Positions 1 through 12,249 of a stretch of 64,000 bases of DNA are shown in pieces. Below the pieces are notes generated by a model that ran no database searches, was not told the origin of the DNA, and saw nothing but the letters and a program-made list of their open reading frames with translations. Position 1 is the first letter of the stretch, and each line of letters starts with the position of its first letter. Source of the DNA: Hemiscyllium ocellatum (lineage: Eukaryota); assembly GCF_020745735.1 (NCBI RefSeq), contig NC_083442.1, forward strand, positions 21,987,562 through 22,051,561, written 5' to 3'. The position numbers and the translations under genes are program-made.

Positions 1-100
1 ATCCTAACTTCAGAAAGGCAGAGAGTGCTTTAAATTGAACTGCTTTTTTATATTGTGTTGTTATGATGGGGAAAGAGGAGCCAGTTCCTTTTTCAATTTC

Positions 101-490
101 TGATTGAATTTGATTTATTATTGTCACTTACTGAAATGCAGTGCAAAGTATTGTTTTGTGAGCTATCCAGACAAATCAATTACATAAATGCATCAAGGCA
201 ATAGCACAGAATGCAGAGTATATTATACTTGCAGCAAGGTGCAGAGCAAGATCAACTCTACTATATGAGAGGTATGTTCATGAGTCTGATAACAGCAAGG
301 AAGAAACTGTTCCTGAATCTGTTAGTACATGTTTTCAAACTTCTGCCTGATGGAAGAGAGTGTAATTGGAATGGGAGAGGCCTATGATTATGTAGGCTGT
401 TTTCCCGAGACAGCGGGAATTGGAGTCAGTGGAAGGAAGGATGGTTGGCATGATGGACTGGGCTGCGTTCACAACTCTCAGTAATTGATG
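101..490 (-). mobile_element. Rex1/Babar-type LINE 3' fragment
   Basis: Minus ORF 335-565 reads QLLRVVNAAQSIMPTILPSTDSNSRCLGKTAYII, like the Rex1 ORF2 C-terminus (LQRVVNTAQ..LPSID..SRCL.KA..II). The 3' tail gtgacaataataaatcaaattcaatc lies at ~101-127 on the minus strand. Confidence 0.7.
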
Positions 491-649
491 TGACTTTGCT
501 AAGTGTTCATTCACGAACACACTGAAAAACTCCGGGGCAGTTAAGCAGCTTTTTACTGTGATCAATGTGTAGCTGGGTAGCTAGTGGAGATAGGAGTGGG
601 ATTGATCTGGAGGTTGAGGGGAGGGGTATAGGCTGCTGGGTTATGGTCA

Positions 650-760
650 GGTCAGGAGAGTGAAGGAAGGGGTGTAAGATGGTGGGTTTGAATCAGGTCA
701 AGTGGGTGAGGGAAGGGATGTAAGGTGGTGGGTTTGAGTCAGGTCAAGTTGGGGAGGTGG
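650..760. repeat. G-rich 46-bp tandem duplication (~2.3 copies)
   Basis: tgaaggaaggggtgtaagatggtgggtttgaatcaggtcaag at 661 recurs as tgagggaagggatgtaaggtggtgggtttgagtcaggtcaag at 707. Confidence 0.65.
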
Positions 761-869
761 GGATGGGCTTTGTTTGGGGGTATAGTCAGATTACTTGGGA
801 TTGGGAGTTGAAGGGTTAGGGTTTGGATGGTGGCGTAACCGAGTGTTATTAAGTCAGAGTTATCCAGGA

Positions 870-1520
870 GTTAGACTAGGTTGTTTCTGTCTAAAGTTTA
901 CAGGCAACTACCTAGCTTATTGAAAGTTGCTCTGATCCCAGGCAAATGGGGATTGGTTTATCACATTCCTGAGTTGTGCATTGTAGGTGATAGCCAATTG
1001 GAAGTCAGGAAGTGAGTTACTTGCTGCAGAATTCCCAGCCTCGATTGTAGCCACAGTATGTATTGTTGACACTTCAATTTGGTTTCTGGTCAATGTGACC
1101 CACAGAGTGTTGACATTTGAAGATTTGGTGATAGTAATGCCATTGAATGTCAGGTGGAGATGGTTGATTCTCTATTATTTACAGCTGGTCACTGTCATAT
1201 CACTTGCCTGATGCAATTACTTTTGTCTCATCAACCCAAACATGAATGTTGTTTAGGTCTTGATGCATTTGGACAAAGACTTTTAGTATTTGAGGAAGTA
1301 GGAAAGGTGCTGAGCATTATGCAACCATTAGCAAATATCTCCACTCCTGACCTTATGATGGCAGGAAGGTCATTGGTGAGGTAGTTGAAGGAGATTGGGC
1401 CTTGGATGCTGCTCTGATGAGTGCAGTGATATCCTGGAACTGAGATGACTGACCACCAGCAATCGCAGCCACCTTCCGCTGAGTTATTATCACTCCAACT
1501 TTTACCTTCTGATTACTATT
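870..1520 (-). mobile_element. Degenerate L2/CR1-like LINE reverse-transcriptase remnant
   Basis: Minus strand near 1290-1420 translates QSSIQGPISFNYLTNDLPAIIRSGVEIFANG, a decayed QGSVLGP..F..FINDLP...FADD motif. Confidence 0.6.
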
Positions 1521-1789
1521 GATGTGGGGCTTGTTTAAGCTTCTTTACTCAAAGACGAAGCACCCATAACTCTCTGTGGACTGGAATTCTGCTGATTCAC
1601 AATGCTCTGAGCCGAGAAATTTCTCAACTCTCTCTCAAATGGATGTGCCCTTAGCATAAAATTATGAATCTTAGATCTAGCTTCCCTAGTCATGAGAAGT
1701 TTCAGACTTGTCAAGTTCACTAGGAGTTTTCTCCTTCTTTATGTGGTCACACCTTGTTCTTCTAAACTCCAGAGAGGGTTTAAACAGTG

Positions 1790-1868
1790 TAGTGCTGAAG
1801 AAGCACAGCATAGCATCTGAGGAGCAGGAGAGTCGATGTTTCGAGCATGAACTCTTTATCAGGAATGA
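1790..1868 (-). mobile_element. Penelope-derived terminal fragment (family A, decayed hammerhead)
   Basis: gcatctgaggagcaggagagtcgatgtttcgagcatgaactctttatcagg matches the terminus of the PLEs at 35.9 and 38.0 kb. Confidence 0.6.
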
Positions 1869-2200
1869 CTCCAGCAAGTATGAATTCAATTCATCTTTGG
1901 AGGATAATCCTTGCAAATCTAGCAAATCTAATAACTTGTTTAGCCAGTGTATTTAATTTTTGGCACAGGTTACAAACTTGTGGGTGATAGTCATCCATTT
2001 GGCAGCCAAACAATCTTTGATAAATTGATGCACAAAAGACAACTGAGCAATATTGTGACTTGATAGATTGGCAGGACGATGAGAATCAATACCTATTGGT
2101 GTTGATAGCAGTTGTAAATAATTGCACGGGTCCAGTCAGCAGAGGAGTCCCTTAGGAATTGGTGTCAGTATTACCCTTCTTTACCTTCGTCCTCATTTGT

Positions 2201-2507
2201 GGGCGGCACGGTGGCACAGTGGTCAGCACTGCTGCCTCACAGCGCCAGAGACCTGGGTTCAATTCCCACCTCAGGCGGCTGACTGTGTGGAGCTTGCACG
2301 TTCTCCCCGTGTCTGCGTGGGTTTCCTCCGGGTGCTCCGGTTTCCTCCCACAGTCCAAAGATGTGCGGGTCAGGTGAATTGGCCATGCTAAATTGCCCGT
2401 AGTGTTAGGTAAGGGGTAAACGTATGGGTGGGTTGCGCTTCGGCGGGTCGGTGTGGACTTGTTGGGCCAAAGGACCTGTTTCCACACTGTAAGTAATCTA
2501 ATCTAAT
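2201..2507 (+). mobile_element. HE1-like tRNA-derived SINE, full length
   Basis: A-box ggtggcacagtgg, B-box gggttcaattcc, V-SINE-type core, and a LINE-shared tail gggcc.aagg.cctgtttccacactgtaagtaatctaatctaatc. Confidence 0.88.
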
Positions 2508-2699
2508 CAGTAATCTTGATGAATGTGAAACATTATCTTCTACAGCCAGACGTCTACCTTGCTCCCTCATTGGGTAAGACATGAATCAGAGAATAGTTGC
2601 AAGGCAAATGGAGGTCTTTTGGCCCACTGTGTCAGCATAGATGTCTAAATGAGCATCATGTGACTTGGCAACACTCTCTCCTGATCTATCAGTGTAACC

Positions 2700-2978
2700 T
2701 TCCATGCCAGACCATGTGTGAAAGCCTCCTAAGCTGATCTACTGCAATATACTGTGATCTGTTTATCTAACTATAATGCTTATCAGTTTAACATTTTTTT
2801 TCTAACTTATACTATGGATCACTGTAAAGTAATGTAACTTTTCTTCTTTGATTTCTCTATTTTGTATCTAAAATTTATACCAAGGTATTTTGTACCTAAG
2901 ATGGTGCCATGAAGAGTGACATTGTAAACTTTTCACTGTAGATCTGTACTTGAGTACACATGACAATAAACCTTAATC
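2700..2978 (+). mobile_element. 3' part of a non-autonomous retroposon with a Rex1-like tail
   Basis: Ends aacttttcactgtagatctgtacttgagtacacatgacaataaacc. Its 5' part cagaccatgtgtgaaagcc matches the reverse complement of ~45922-45945. Confidence 0.5.
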
Positions 2979-2979
2979 T

Positions 2980-4012
2980 AGAGTCATAGAGATGTACAGC
3001 ATGGAAACAAATCCTTTGGTAAAACTTGTCCATGCAGACCAATCTAATCAGGTCCCACCTGCCAGCACCTGACCCATATCTCTCCAAACCCTTCCATTCA
3101 TACACCCATCCAGATGCCTTTTAAATGTTGCAATTGTACCAGCCTCCACCACTTCCTCGGGCAGCTCATTCCATACATGCACCACCCTCTGCATGAAAAA
3201 GCTGCCCCTTAGGTCTCTTTGATATCTTTCTCCTCTCACCCTAATCCTATACCCTCTATTTCTGGACTCCCCCAGCCCAGGGAAAAGGCTTTGTCTATTT
3301 ATTCTATCCATGCCCCTCGTGATTTTATGAATCTCTATAAGCTCACCCCTCAACCTCCGACGCTCTAGGGAAAACAGCCCCAGCCTGTTCAGCCTCTCCC
3401 TGCAGCTCAAATCCTCCAACCCTGACAACATCCTTGTAAATATTTTCTGAACCCTTCAAATTTCACAACACCCTCCTGAGAGGAAGGAGACCAGAACTGC
3501 ACACAATATTCCAACAGTGGCCTAACCAATGTCCTATAGAGCCGCAACATGACCTCCCAACTCCTGTACTCAGTTCTCTGGCCAATAAAGAAAAGCATAC
3601 CAAATGCCACCTTCACTACCCTATCCACCTGCGACTCCACTTTCAAGGAGCTATGAATCTGCACTCCAAGATCTCTTTGTTCAGCAACACCCCCTAGGAC
3701 TTTACCATTAAGTGTATAAGTCCTGCTAAAATCTGCTTTCCCCAAGTGCAACACCTTGCATTTATCTAAATTAAACTTCATCTGTCACTCCTCAGCCCAT
3801 TGGCCCATCTGATCAAGATCCCATTGTAATCTGAGGTAACCCTCTTCACTGTCTACTACTCCTCCAATTTTGATGTCATCTGCAAACCTACTAACTATTC
3901 CTCTTATGTTCACATCCAAATCGTTTATGTAAATAACTAAAAGTAGTGGATTAGCACCAATCCTTGTGGCACTCCATTGGTCATGGGCCTCCAGTCTGAA
4001 AAACAACCCTCC

Positions 4013-4043
<31 letters not shown>

Positions 4044-4310
4044 TTCTTCTACCTTCGAGCCAGTTCTGTATTCAAGTGGCTAGTTCTCCTGTATTCCATG
4101 AGATCTAACCTTGCTAACCAGTCTCCCATGGGGATCCTTGTCGAACGCCTTACTGAAGTCCATATAGATCACACCCACCGCTCTGCCTTCATCAATCCTC
4201 TTTGTTACTTCTTCAAAAAACTCAAATCAAGTTCGTGAGACATGATTTCCCATGCACAAAGCCATGTTGACTATCCCTAATCAATTCTTGCTTTTCCAAA
4301 TTCATGTAAA
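2980..4310 (-). mobile_element. HER1/CR1 LINE, 5'-truncated and frameshifted (RT C-terminal half plus 3' UTR)
   Basis: Minus ORFs 3785-4006 (LLLVIYINDLD...RFADDIKIGG), 3407-3781 (MKFNLDKCKVLHLG...LVRPLLEYCVQFWSP) and 3048-3431 (LGLFSLERRRLRGEL...WNELPEEVVEAG). Confidence 0.92.
4014..4043. repeat. Poly-C tract (30 nt) inside the HER1 copy
   Basis: Direct count of the C run; it explains the poly-Pro in ORF 3966-4238. Confidence 0.9.
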
Positions 4311-4329
4311 TACATCTAAATCTAGCATT

Positions 4330-4800
4330 TTAATTTAAGTATTCATCTAATGCCCTCAAGTACCCTGATTGAATCTACCTACACCACACTTTCAGGCAGT
4401 CTAGATCTAACTCACTTTCTGGATGTAAAAGCTTCTTCCTACATCACAATTGCTTCCTTTGCAAATCACTTTTAATTCTGTGCCATCTCATTCTTGATTC
4501 AGTTACTAGTGGGAATGGGTTTTTTTTCCGTGTTTACTTTGTCCAGACCCCTCATAATTTTTGAAAACCATGACCAGATCTCCTCTTAGCCTACTGCTCT
4601 GCAAGGAAATTAGATCCAATTTCTCAAATCTGTCTCTGTGAGTGGACATTCCACATCCCTGCGGCCGTTCTTGCAAATCTCTTCGGTGCTGCCTTCATTC
4701 TGAAGTGTGGTATACAGAATTGTACTCCATACTTCAGCTGAGGTACAATTAGTGTCATTTACTGATTCAGTGTAACTCCTTGCTGTAAGCCCTATTAATA
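4330..4800 (-). mobile_element. Degenerate CR1 3' fragment
   Basis: Decayed CR1 motifs such as gaagtgtggtatacagaattgtactccatacttcagctgagg and ctcctcttagcctactgctct. Confidence 0.55.
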
Positions 4801-5824
4801 AAGCCTAGCCTAAGTTTTGAATATTTCAGTATATTCTGATTATAGGATCACTGCAGGTAGTGATTAGTTTAAACAGATCCCTCTGCACCTGACATTATTC
4901 ATCCTTAGCTAGTTGTCTTCCTTGCCTCAGTATTTGCAATGCTCAGAATTCAGAAATGTCTTAACTCCGCAGAGTATTCAATGCATGGAGAATATTTATT
5001 CGGAGAAGCTTCAATTCTTTTCCTTACCAGATGTTTCACCAGCTGCTTTCTTTGTGACTAATTAACATACCATTAAGTGAATTTGCTAGGTCTCTGTATC
5101 ACAGATGCACTGTTGTGTGAAGAAATATTTATCCTCATCTTCAATTGTACTTGATGCTTGTTAATTTTACACTTTTTTGCTGTTCCGTCCGTGCTCCATT
5201 GACTAACCTGCATCCTGTGCACATTGGTCTTTCCTCTCAGTACTTTGCGATTGACAATTAAACATCCTTTCAATCCACTTCACTCCCCTGAAGAAAGTGA
5301 ATTGGCTTGTGTGAATCTCTCTGGATGATTTGTGTCCCTAAATTCAGGCACCATTTCCTTCATTTAGAGCTCCTTCCAGACATCATTATCTTGGATTTCA
5401 CAGTGAAAACAGACATTTACCTTTATTATCCCCACATCTCAAATGGATCCTTCGACATGATGGCCAACTTCAATTAGACTGCAAGGCCCAGGGCCAAATT
5501 TGACTCTTAAATCAAAATATTCTGCCAAGTAGCAGTAAACTGCAATCTCTATTTACTTTGGAAGGGAGCAAATACCTCTGTGTGATCAGGCTAAAAGTAA
5601 AGTTGCATTTCTTTACAATGAGGAAATTATACAGAAGCATTAGGTACACTTCAAGTAACTGCTAATATAGTTTGAGTACACACACTGTTTCAAACCTTTT
5701 AAAGTCCTTTCCAAATCATTAAGCTGTGGCTCTGGTCATTTTAACTGCTAGAAACTTCCATTGAAGTTTCTGTGGTAAAGCAGCCCCTCCTGGCACCAGG
5801 CAGTCATAGCAAAGGACTTGGTTA

Positions 5825-6150
5825 TAGAATCATAGGGCAGAGTTTTCATAGAGTCATATGGCAACAGACCCTTCGGTCCAACTCATCCGTGCCAACCATG
5901 GTCTGGTATCAAACTTGTCCCACTTGCCTGTGTTTGGCCCACAGGTTTGCAAATCTTTCCTATACATATACCACTTTTAAATGTTGTAACTGCACCAGCT
6001 TCCACCACTTCCTCTGCCAGTTCATTCCACATACAAATTACTCTGTATTAAAAAGGTTGTCCTTTGTGTTGTCTTAAGTCTTTCTGCTCTCATCTTTACA
6101 ATGTGCCCCTCCTTATTTTGAACTCCCTGACCCTTGCTATTTACCTTTTA
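5825..6150 (-). mobile_element. HER1/CR1 3' end fragment
   Basis: tagagtcatatggcaacagacccttcggtccaactcatccgtgccaacc tail, homologous to 2980-3260. Confidence 0.75.
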
Positions 6151-6239
6151 TAGTTTTTTGATTTTTTTTTCCTTTCAAAGTGATAGGCAATGGCGAACCC
6201 TAGTGAGAAAACCCAGTATTACCCACATATCAGCTCATT

Positions 6240-6395
6240 TAATAGGTAAACAAGGGCAAATAGTTTGTCCTATTTAAGGGTTCAGAAGCTGCTGACCAAT
6301 CAGAGGCTGGTAGCTTCTGAGTCTTAAAGTCTGCCATTCCAGGCCTATTCCCTGAGGGAATCACTGGAAAGAAGATTAGATTAGAAGGTAAGTTC
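6240..6395 (+). promoter_or_regulatory. Candidate promoter / non-coding first exon
   Basis: Non-repetitive sequence with tatttaa (6271), an NF-Y-like gaccaatcag (CCAAT 6296-6300) and a consensus donor AAG|gtaagt (exon end 6387). Motif-level evidence only. Confidence 0.25.
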
Positions 6396-6954
6396 TTTTT
6401 TCCCTTCTTGAAGTTTTGGGAATGGGGTTGGGGGGCTCGGTTTTGAAAGCAAAGATAAAGAGAGTGCCTTTCAGAAACCCTTTCTGTTGCCCCACCGGTG
6501 TACTGCAGATTGCCCCTAGCAGGGGCATTAAGCCCTGGACCCAAACCCATCAGGAAGAGGTCCCTATGGTTTCTCATCTGCTGGTGATTCAGGACATTGG
6601 AAAGGTGGCAACTTGATACTCTGAACATGGCTCTTAATTGAGCAATGGTGGTAATCGTGGAAGGTTCCAATGGGCCCCTCAGTGGGTGCTTAATTATGGA
6701 AGTGTTCAGAAGGGTGAGGTTGCCTATTAATGTACCCTTCTCGGTACCCCACCCGAGGGAGGGAAAAACCACACCCAGAGTGTAGTTCAGCACAGAACAA
6801 GCTCCTTGCTTCCGTTGGTTATGCATCCACTCCTTTTGACTTCAGGCTGGTTCTTTCTTTTCCCCTGCCCAACAACCTCTCCATCAAATGTATCGTACTT
6901 TTCTAAAAAAGCCAACATTGGAAAGTAATAGAAAAACTGCTGTCAAAGGATAAT

Positions 6955-7240
6955 TAGAATCCCTGCAGTGTGGAAGTAGGCCATTCAGTCCATCGAGCCC
7001 ACCTCTGAAGAGCATCCCACCCAGATGCAATCCCTACCTCTAACCCTGTAACCCTGCATTTCCAGGGGCCAATCCACCCACCTGCACATCTTTGGACTGT
7101 GGAAGAAATTGGATGAAACCCACACAGATGGGGGAGGAATGTGTAAACTCCACACAGACAGTCGCCCGAGGGTACAATCGAACCTGGGTCCCTAGTACTG
7201 TGAGGCAGCTGTGCTAACCACTGAGCCACCGTGCAGTGCC
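6955..7240 (-). mobile_element. HE1-like SINE
   Basis: Reverse complement of the HE1 head (ccactgagccaccgtg), core and tail (gaatccctgcagtgtggaag). Confidence 0.82.
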
Positions 7241-7904
7241 CCCCTCTATGTCTTGAGTCAACTGGGGAAGCTTTGCTCTGAAGTGAACATTGTTTGGATT
7301 GAGGGGAGCAGCACATTGGAAGATGGGTAATTTGGAAACACTTCCACCTTCTTCGCCTAACAGACGACTTCATTGTCACTCATTTGTCTGAACATAAACT
7401 ATTTCTGCCATAAACTGTGACTGTTGGCAGTCGATTGACTCATTGGTTCATGTACTAGGCTGCCTCAGGATGGGTCCACTGTCTGATAAGACTGCATGTG
7501 GGGCACCCCTTACTGACTTGGCCACACACTATGTTTTCAATGCCTTCCCACACTGTGATAGTGTGCCGCATCTCAGGAGCATAGTTATCCACAGACGGAT
7601 GTTGCATCCTTTTGGCCTGTTTTGTATCACTGTTTGACCCATTACCAATTTCTGCATCATTTATCTATCCAGTTGCTTATGGTCTATAGAGAGCTAACTC
7701 TGTTGGGAAAGCCAGTTTGTTCAAAAGAACAACTTTCTTGCAAGGGGTGCAATCTGTTATCTAAGTTCTGAGGAAGGCAAAATGAGACATAAGGTTTGAA
7801 GCATAGGCTGTTCAGCGTGCTGACCATGCATAATAGCCAACCTAGCATTCACTGCTGGCACAAGGTTGCCATGGAATGATCAGTGACCCCTGCCCCCTAC
7901 ACAC

Positions 7905-8195
7905 AGACACTGATACACATGACAGATGACACACAATACTGACCCACACATGTCACATGATATGTCTCTCGCATACACACAGATGGTACATGACATGTCA
8001 CACACATGTCTGTCACATGGTGCATGCCACATGCACATCTCACATTACATGATGTCACACAAGCACACCTCACACACAGCACATGACATGCCACATGATG
8101 TCACCCATTCACCTCCCTCTCATGGCATGTCACCTGCATGTCTCTCATGCACACCTCTTTCACATGTGCTGCACATGCATGCCACACGCGTGTTG
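7905..8195. repeat. Low-complexity CA/TG-alternating region
   Basis: Dense imperfect cacatg/acacatgtcac motifs. Confidence 0.7.
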
Positions 8196-9049
8196 CACTT
8201 CAAACCTTCTCTGACCCCGTGGGTAGCTGCCTTGAATGTCCTCAGGAGATGTCCAAGCACATGGAGGTCTTCCATCATTCCCATTCTCGTCAGCCCCCAG
8301 TGGTCAAAGATGGTGTACGTGAACAACCAGATACTGAGATGTATTACTTCCAAGTCATGGGCCAGAGGCTGTGCAAGACTAAGACAACCTGTTTTGACTG
8401 AGACAAATGGCCTCCTGCTGTGCCTCAGTACATAATTAGCTTTATTGATGAAAGCCGCCCATCGACTATGTACTTTGGATGGTCAATAATTGCACTTCAG
8501 CTCCTTCATCAATGTCCAACTGCAATGAGGAAGGGAAATTTCTGTTGGTTTCTGAGATTCTGTATTTGCATTTGTGGAAGGTGAGGACAATGAGCATCCT
8601 TCAAAAAAAAAGGCCAAAGAGTCTGCCATTTATATCCTGATGACTTGTAATCACCGGCTGGGTAGCACTTTGAAAATAATCAATGTTGTATGAGATGTTT
8701 AAGAACGTACGCATGCTGTGTTTCTGCATTGGTACCAAAAATTTGTCAAAAATATGACAATTCTGCAACACAGGGATTTTCCATTTTAAATTCATAATAA
8801 GTAAAATTGGCACCTTTTCATGAGGATGTTCTATTTTGTTGAAGTGTTTCAATATTTCCAACAAGTGCACAAATACTGAATCTGACTTCCACTTGTGTCA
8901 AAGCATGGACATAATGGGAAGAATGGGTTTTATTCTGCTGTAGATTTCTGTAATTGAAGGAGAGCAGTGATTTCTTGAGGCAAAAACGTTCTTAAAGTGT
9001 GGTTTGCGTTTCTCAGCATTGGAATTGGAGACTATTGCATATCTTTGAA

Positions 9050-9220
9050 GAGATAGCACAGAAACAGACCTTTGGGTCCAACTCATCCATGCCGACCAAG
9101 TTTCCCAAAACTAAACTAGTCCCATTTTCCTGCATTTGGCCCATACCACTTTAAACCTTTCCTATTCATCAGTCTGTCCAAATGTCTTTTAAATAGTGTA
9201 ATTTTACCTGAGTCAGAGCA
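9050..9220 (-). mobile_element. HER1/CR1 3' tail fragment
   Basis: gatagcacagaaacagacctttgggtccaactcatccatgccgacc, same tail as the other HER1 copies. Confidence 0.7.
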
Positions 9221-9485
9221 AGGCACTATTGGATTATTTGAAGAACCAGCATGGATAGGACAGCCAAATGACTATGGAAAATGAGAGTTCATTGCAAGAA
9301 AGTAAACTATATTTAATCAATGTCTCCCTGAGAATGTAGTCACGTTTGTATTGGAAGATGCATAGTCCCATGTACTCCTTCAGCACTATACCTGACCCGT
9401 GATATTTTAGCCACCTCTAGTCACAGTATCCATCTAAAATGTCAATAGCTTCATTCTCTACTTTGCTGGCCCCTCACTCTCAAAT

Positions 9486-9765
9486 AGAATCCCTACAGTG
9501 TTGAAGCAGGCCCTTCGGCCCCTCAAGTCCACACCAACTCTCTGAAGAGCACCCAACACGACCCCCTCCATTTCCATGGCTGACCTGAACATCCCTGGAC
9601 ACTATATAGCATGGCCAATCACCTAACCTGCACATCTTTGGACTGTGGAAGGAAACCCAAGCAGACACAGAGAGAAAGTGCCAACTCCACATGGTCACCC
9701 GTGGATGGAATCGAACCTGGGTTTTTGATGCAGCAGCGCTAACCACTGAGCCACCATGCTGCCCA
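9486..9765 (-). mobile_element. HE1-like SINE
   Basis: Reverse-complement head ccactgagccaccatgctgccc and tail tagaatccctacagtg. Confidence 0.82.
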
Positions 9766-9974
9766 TGTAGGGCCATCTAGGAAATATCCATTTCACATAA
9801 CGTCGAGACTGGATATGGCTGTACAGCTGGCTTTTAAACCCTCATGGTTGACATTCCAAACAGAGTTTGTGACTCTATTGTGAGAGCCTGCTATGTCCCT
9901 GGACCTCCATAGATAGATGAAGTTAGAATTCAGATTACTGAACTCTCTATTCACTGCTCATGAGACTCTGTTTT

Positions 9975-11320
9975 GAATTAGAGTCATAGAGATGTACAGC
10001 ATGGAAACAGACCATTCAGTCCAACCCGTCCATGCCGACCAGATATCCCAACCCCACTTGCCAGCACCCGGCCCATATCCCTCCAAACCCTTCCTATTCA
10101 TATAACCATCCAAATGCCTCTTAAATTTTGCAATTGTACCAGCCTCCACCACATCCTCTGGCAACTCATTCCATACACGTACTATCCTCTGCGTGAAAAA
10201 GTTGCCCCTTAGGTCTTTTTTTATATCTTTTCCCCTCTCACTCTAAACCTGTGCCCTCTAGTTCTGGACTCCCTGACCCCAGGGAAAAGACTTTTGTCTA
10301 TTTATCCAATCCATGCCCCTCATAATTTTGTAAACCTCTATAAGGCCACCCCTCAATCTCCAACGCTCCAGGAAAACAGCCCCAGCCTGTTCAGCCTCTC
10401 CCTGTAGCTCAGATCCTCCAACCCTGGCAACATCCTTGTAAATCTTTTCTGAACCCTTTCAAGTTTCACATCATCTTTCCAATAGGAACGAGACCAGAAT
10501 TGCACGCAATATTCAACAGTGGCCTAACCAATGTCCTGTACAGCCGCAACATGATCTCCCGACTCCTGTACTCAGTTCTCTGGCCAATAAAGGAAAGCAT
10601 ATCACTATCCTATCCACCTGCGACTCCACTTTCAAGGAGCTATGAACCTGCACTCCAAGGTCTCTTTGTTCAGCAACACTCCCTAGGACCTTACTATTAA
10701 GTGTATAAGACCTGCTAAGATCTGCTTTTCCCCAAGTGCAACACTTTGCATTTATCAAAAGTAAACTTCATCTGTCACTCCTCAGCCCATTGGCTCATCT
10801 GATCAAGATCCCATTGTAATCTGAGGTAACCCTCTTCACTGTCTACTACACCTCCAATTTTGTTACTTCTTCAAAAAACCCAACCAAGTTTGTGAGACAT
10901 GATTTCCCACGCACAAAGCCATATTGACTATCCCAAATCAGTCCTTGCCTTTCCAAATACATGTACATCCTGTCCCTCAGGATTCCCTCCAACAACTTGT
11001 CCAACACCAAGGTCAGGCTCACCGGTCTATAGTTCCCTGGCTTGTCTTTACCGCCCTTCTTAAACAGCGGCACCATGTTCACCAACCTCCAGTCTTTTGG
11101 CACCTCACCTGTGACTATCGATGATACAAATATCTCAGCAAGAGGTCCAGTAATCACTTCTCTAGCTTCCCACAGAGTTCTCGGGTACACCTGATCAGGT
11201 CCTGGGGATTTATCCACTTTTAACCATTTCAAGACATCCAGCACTTCCTCCTCTGTAATTTGGACATTTTGCAAGATGTCACTATCTATTTCCCTACAGT
11301 CTATATCTTCCATATCCTGG
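9975..11320 (-). mobile_element. HER1/CR1 LINE fragment with an internal deletion
   Basis: ORF 10846-11313 (KVDKSPGPDQVYPRTL...NYRPVSLT...SQYGFVRGKSCLTNLVGFFEEVT) is the CR1 RT N-terminus. The 3' part is homologous to 2980-3860. Confidence 0.92.
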
Positions 11321-11399
11321 AGAAATCAAATTCAATTGGATGGATCAAATGCACCTCGAGTGACCGCATAGTGGAATACCTGCTGAATAGAGCTCTCTA

Positions 11400-11600
11400 A
11401 ATCCAAATAATATTGATCTTACTAATGTTGATCTTGCTTTATGCACCTCCTCTGCAGTGCAATCTGTCTGCCTTACTCTGTCTAAGCACCCTATGATCGG
11501 TATATCCTTGTTTGTTATGATCTGCCTGAACTGCTCACAAAACAGAACGTATGCCCGTACTTATGTACACGTGACCACAATAAATCAAAGCAAAACAGAA
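11400..11600 (+). mobile_element. Rex1-like LINE 3' UTR fragment
   Basis: atgatctgcctgaactgctcacaaaacag...gtacacgtgaccacaataaatcaaagc tail. Confidence 0.55.
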
Positions 11601-12249
11601 ATTGCCAGTGAAATTCAGCAGGTCTGGTGACAGCTGTGGGAATACCTGCATTCAGTTCAGAAGCCTGACCCTGAGCCTCCAGTCGATGGTGTTTTAATTT
11701 TTTCCTGCTTCCACTTCTGCTCTGACTTTCTGGTCCTTAGCCTCCTAGCAAACCCAACACAAGTGTCAGGAGCAGTTCCTCATCTTTCAACATGGCACTT
11801 CACAATCTCCTTGCCTTCACGGCCAGGTCTGCTGAGTTTCTCCAGCATTCTCTGTTTGTTTCAGATTTCCAGCGACTGTGGTATTTGCTTTTATGTCAGC
11901 ATCTACACTGAGGTCTGCAATTTCAGATTGGAATTTCAGTGGTCGTGCATTTTGACCACATCTGAGGTTGCTATTTGTAGCGCCTCTAGGCCTTGTGTTT
12001 CTTCACTTGCCCCGCATTCATCTCCTTTAATTCATGGCAAAGTTGGATGGTTTGGAGAGTGGGATGTGGCCTCCTGCAAAATCTGCCCAGAGACAAGCAC
12101 ATGTGACCTGGTTGGCGTGGGGAAAGAGCCTAAGTCAAAGGTCTTTGCAAGTAAAGTGCAACTTTTAATAATTGGACACAGTTTCCATGCATATAGACTC
12201 TGTGTTAATCCAAAGAGTAGGAAGAAGACCCATGAAAGGTGGGTCTTTG

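Noticed and set aside
2201-2290. tRNA gene
   Set aside because: The A/B boxes belong to SINE heads; there is no complete cloverleaf.
3966-4238. Poly-proline protein ORF
   Set aside because: It is the antisense frame of a CR1 copy with a poly-C tract.
6239-6826. 195-aa minus-strand ORF
   Set aside because: No recognisable motif or splice context. It does not resemble NPTN exon 1, the mammalian upstream neighbour.
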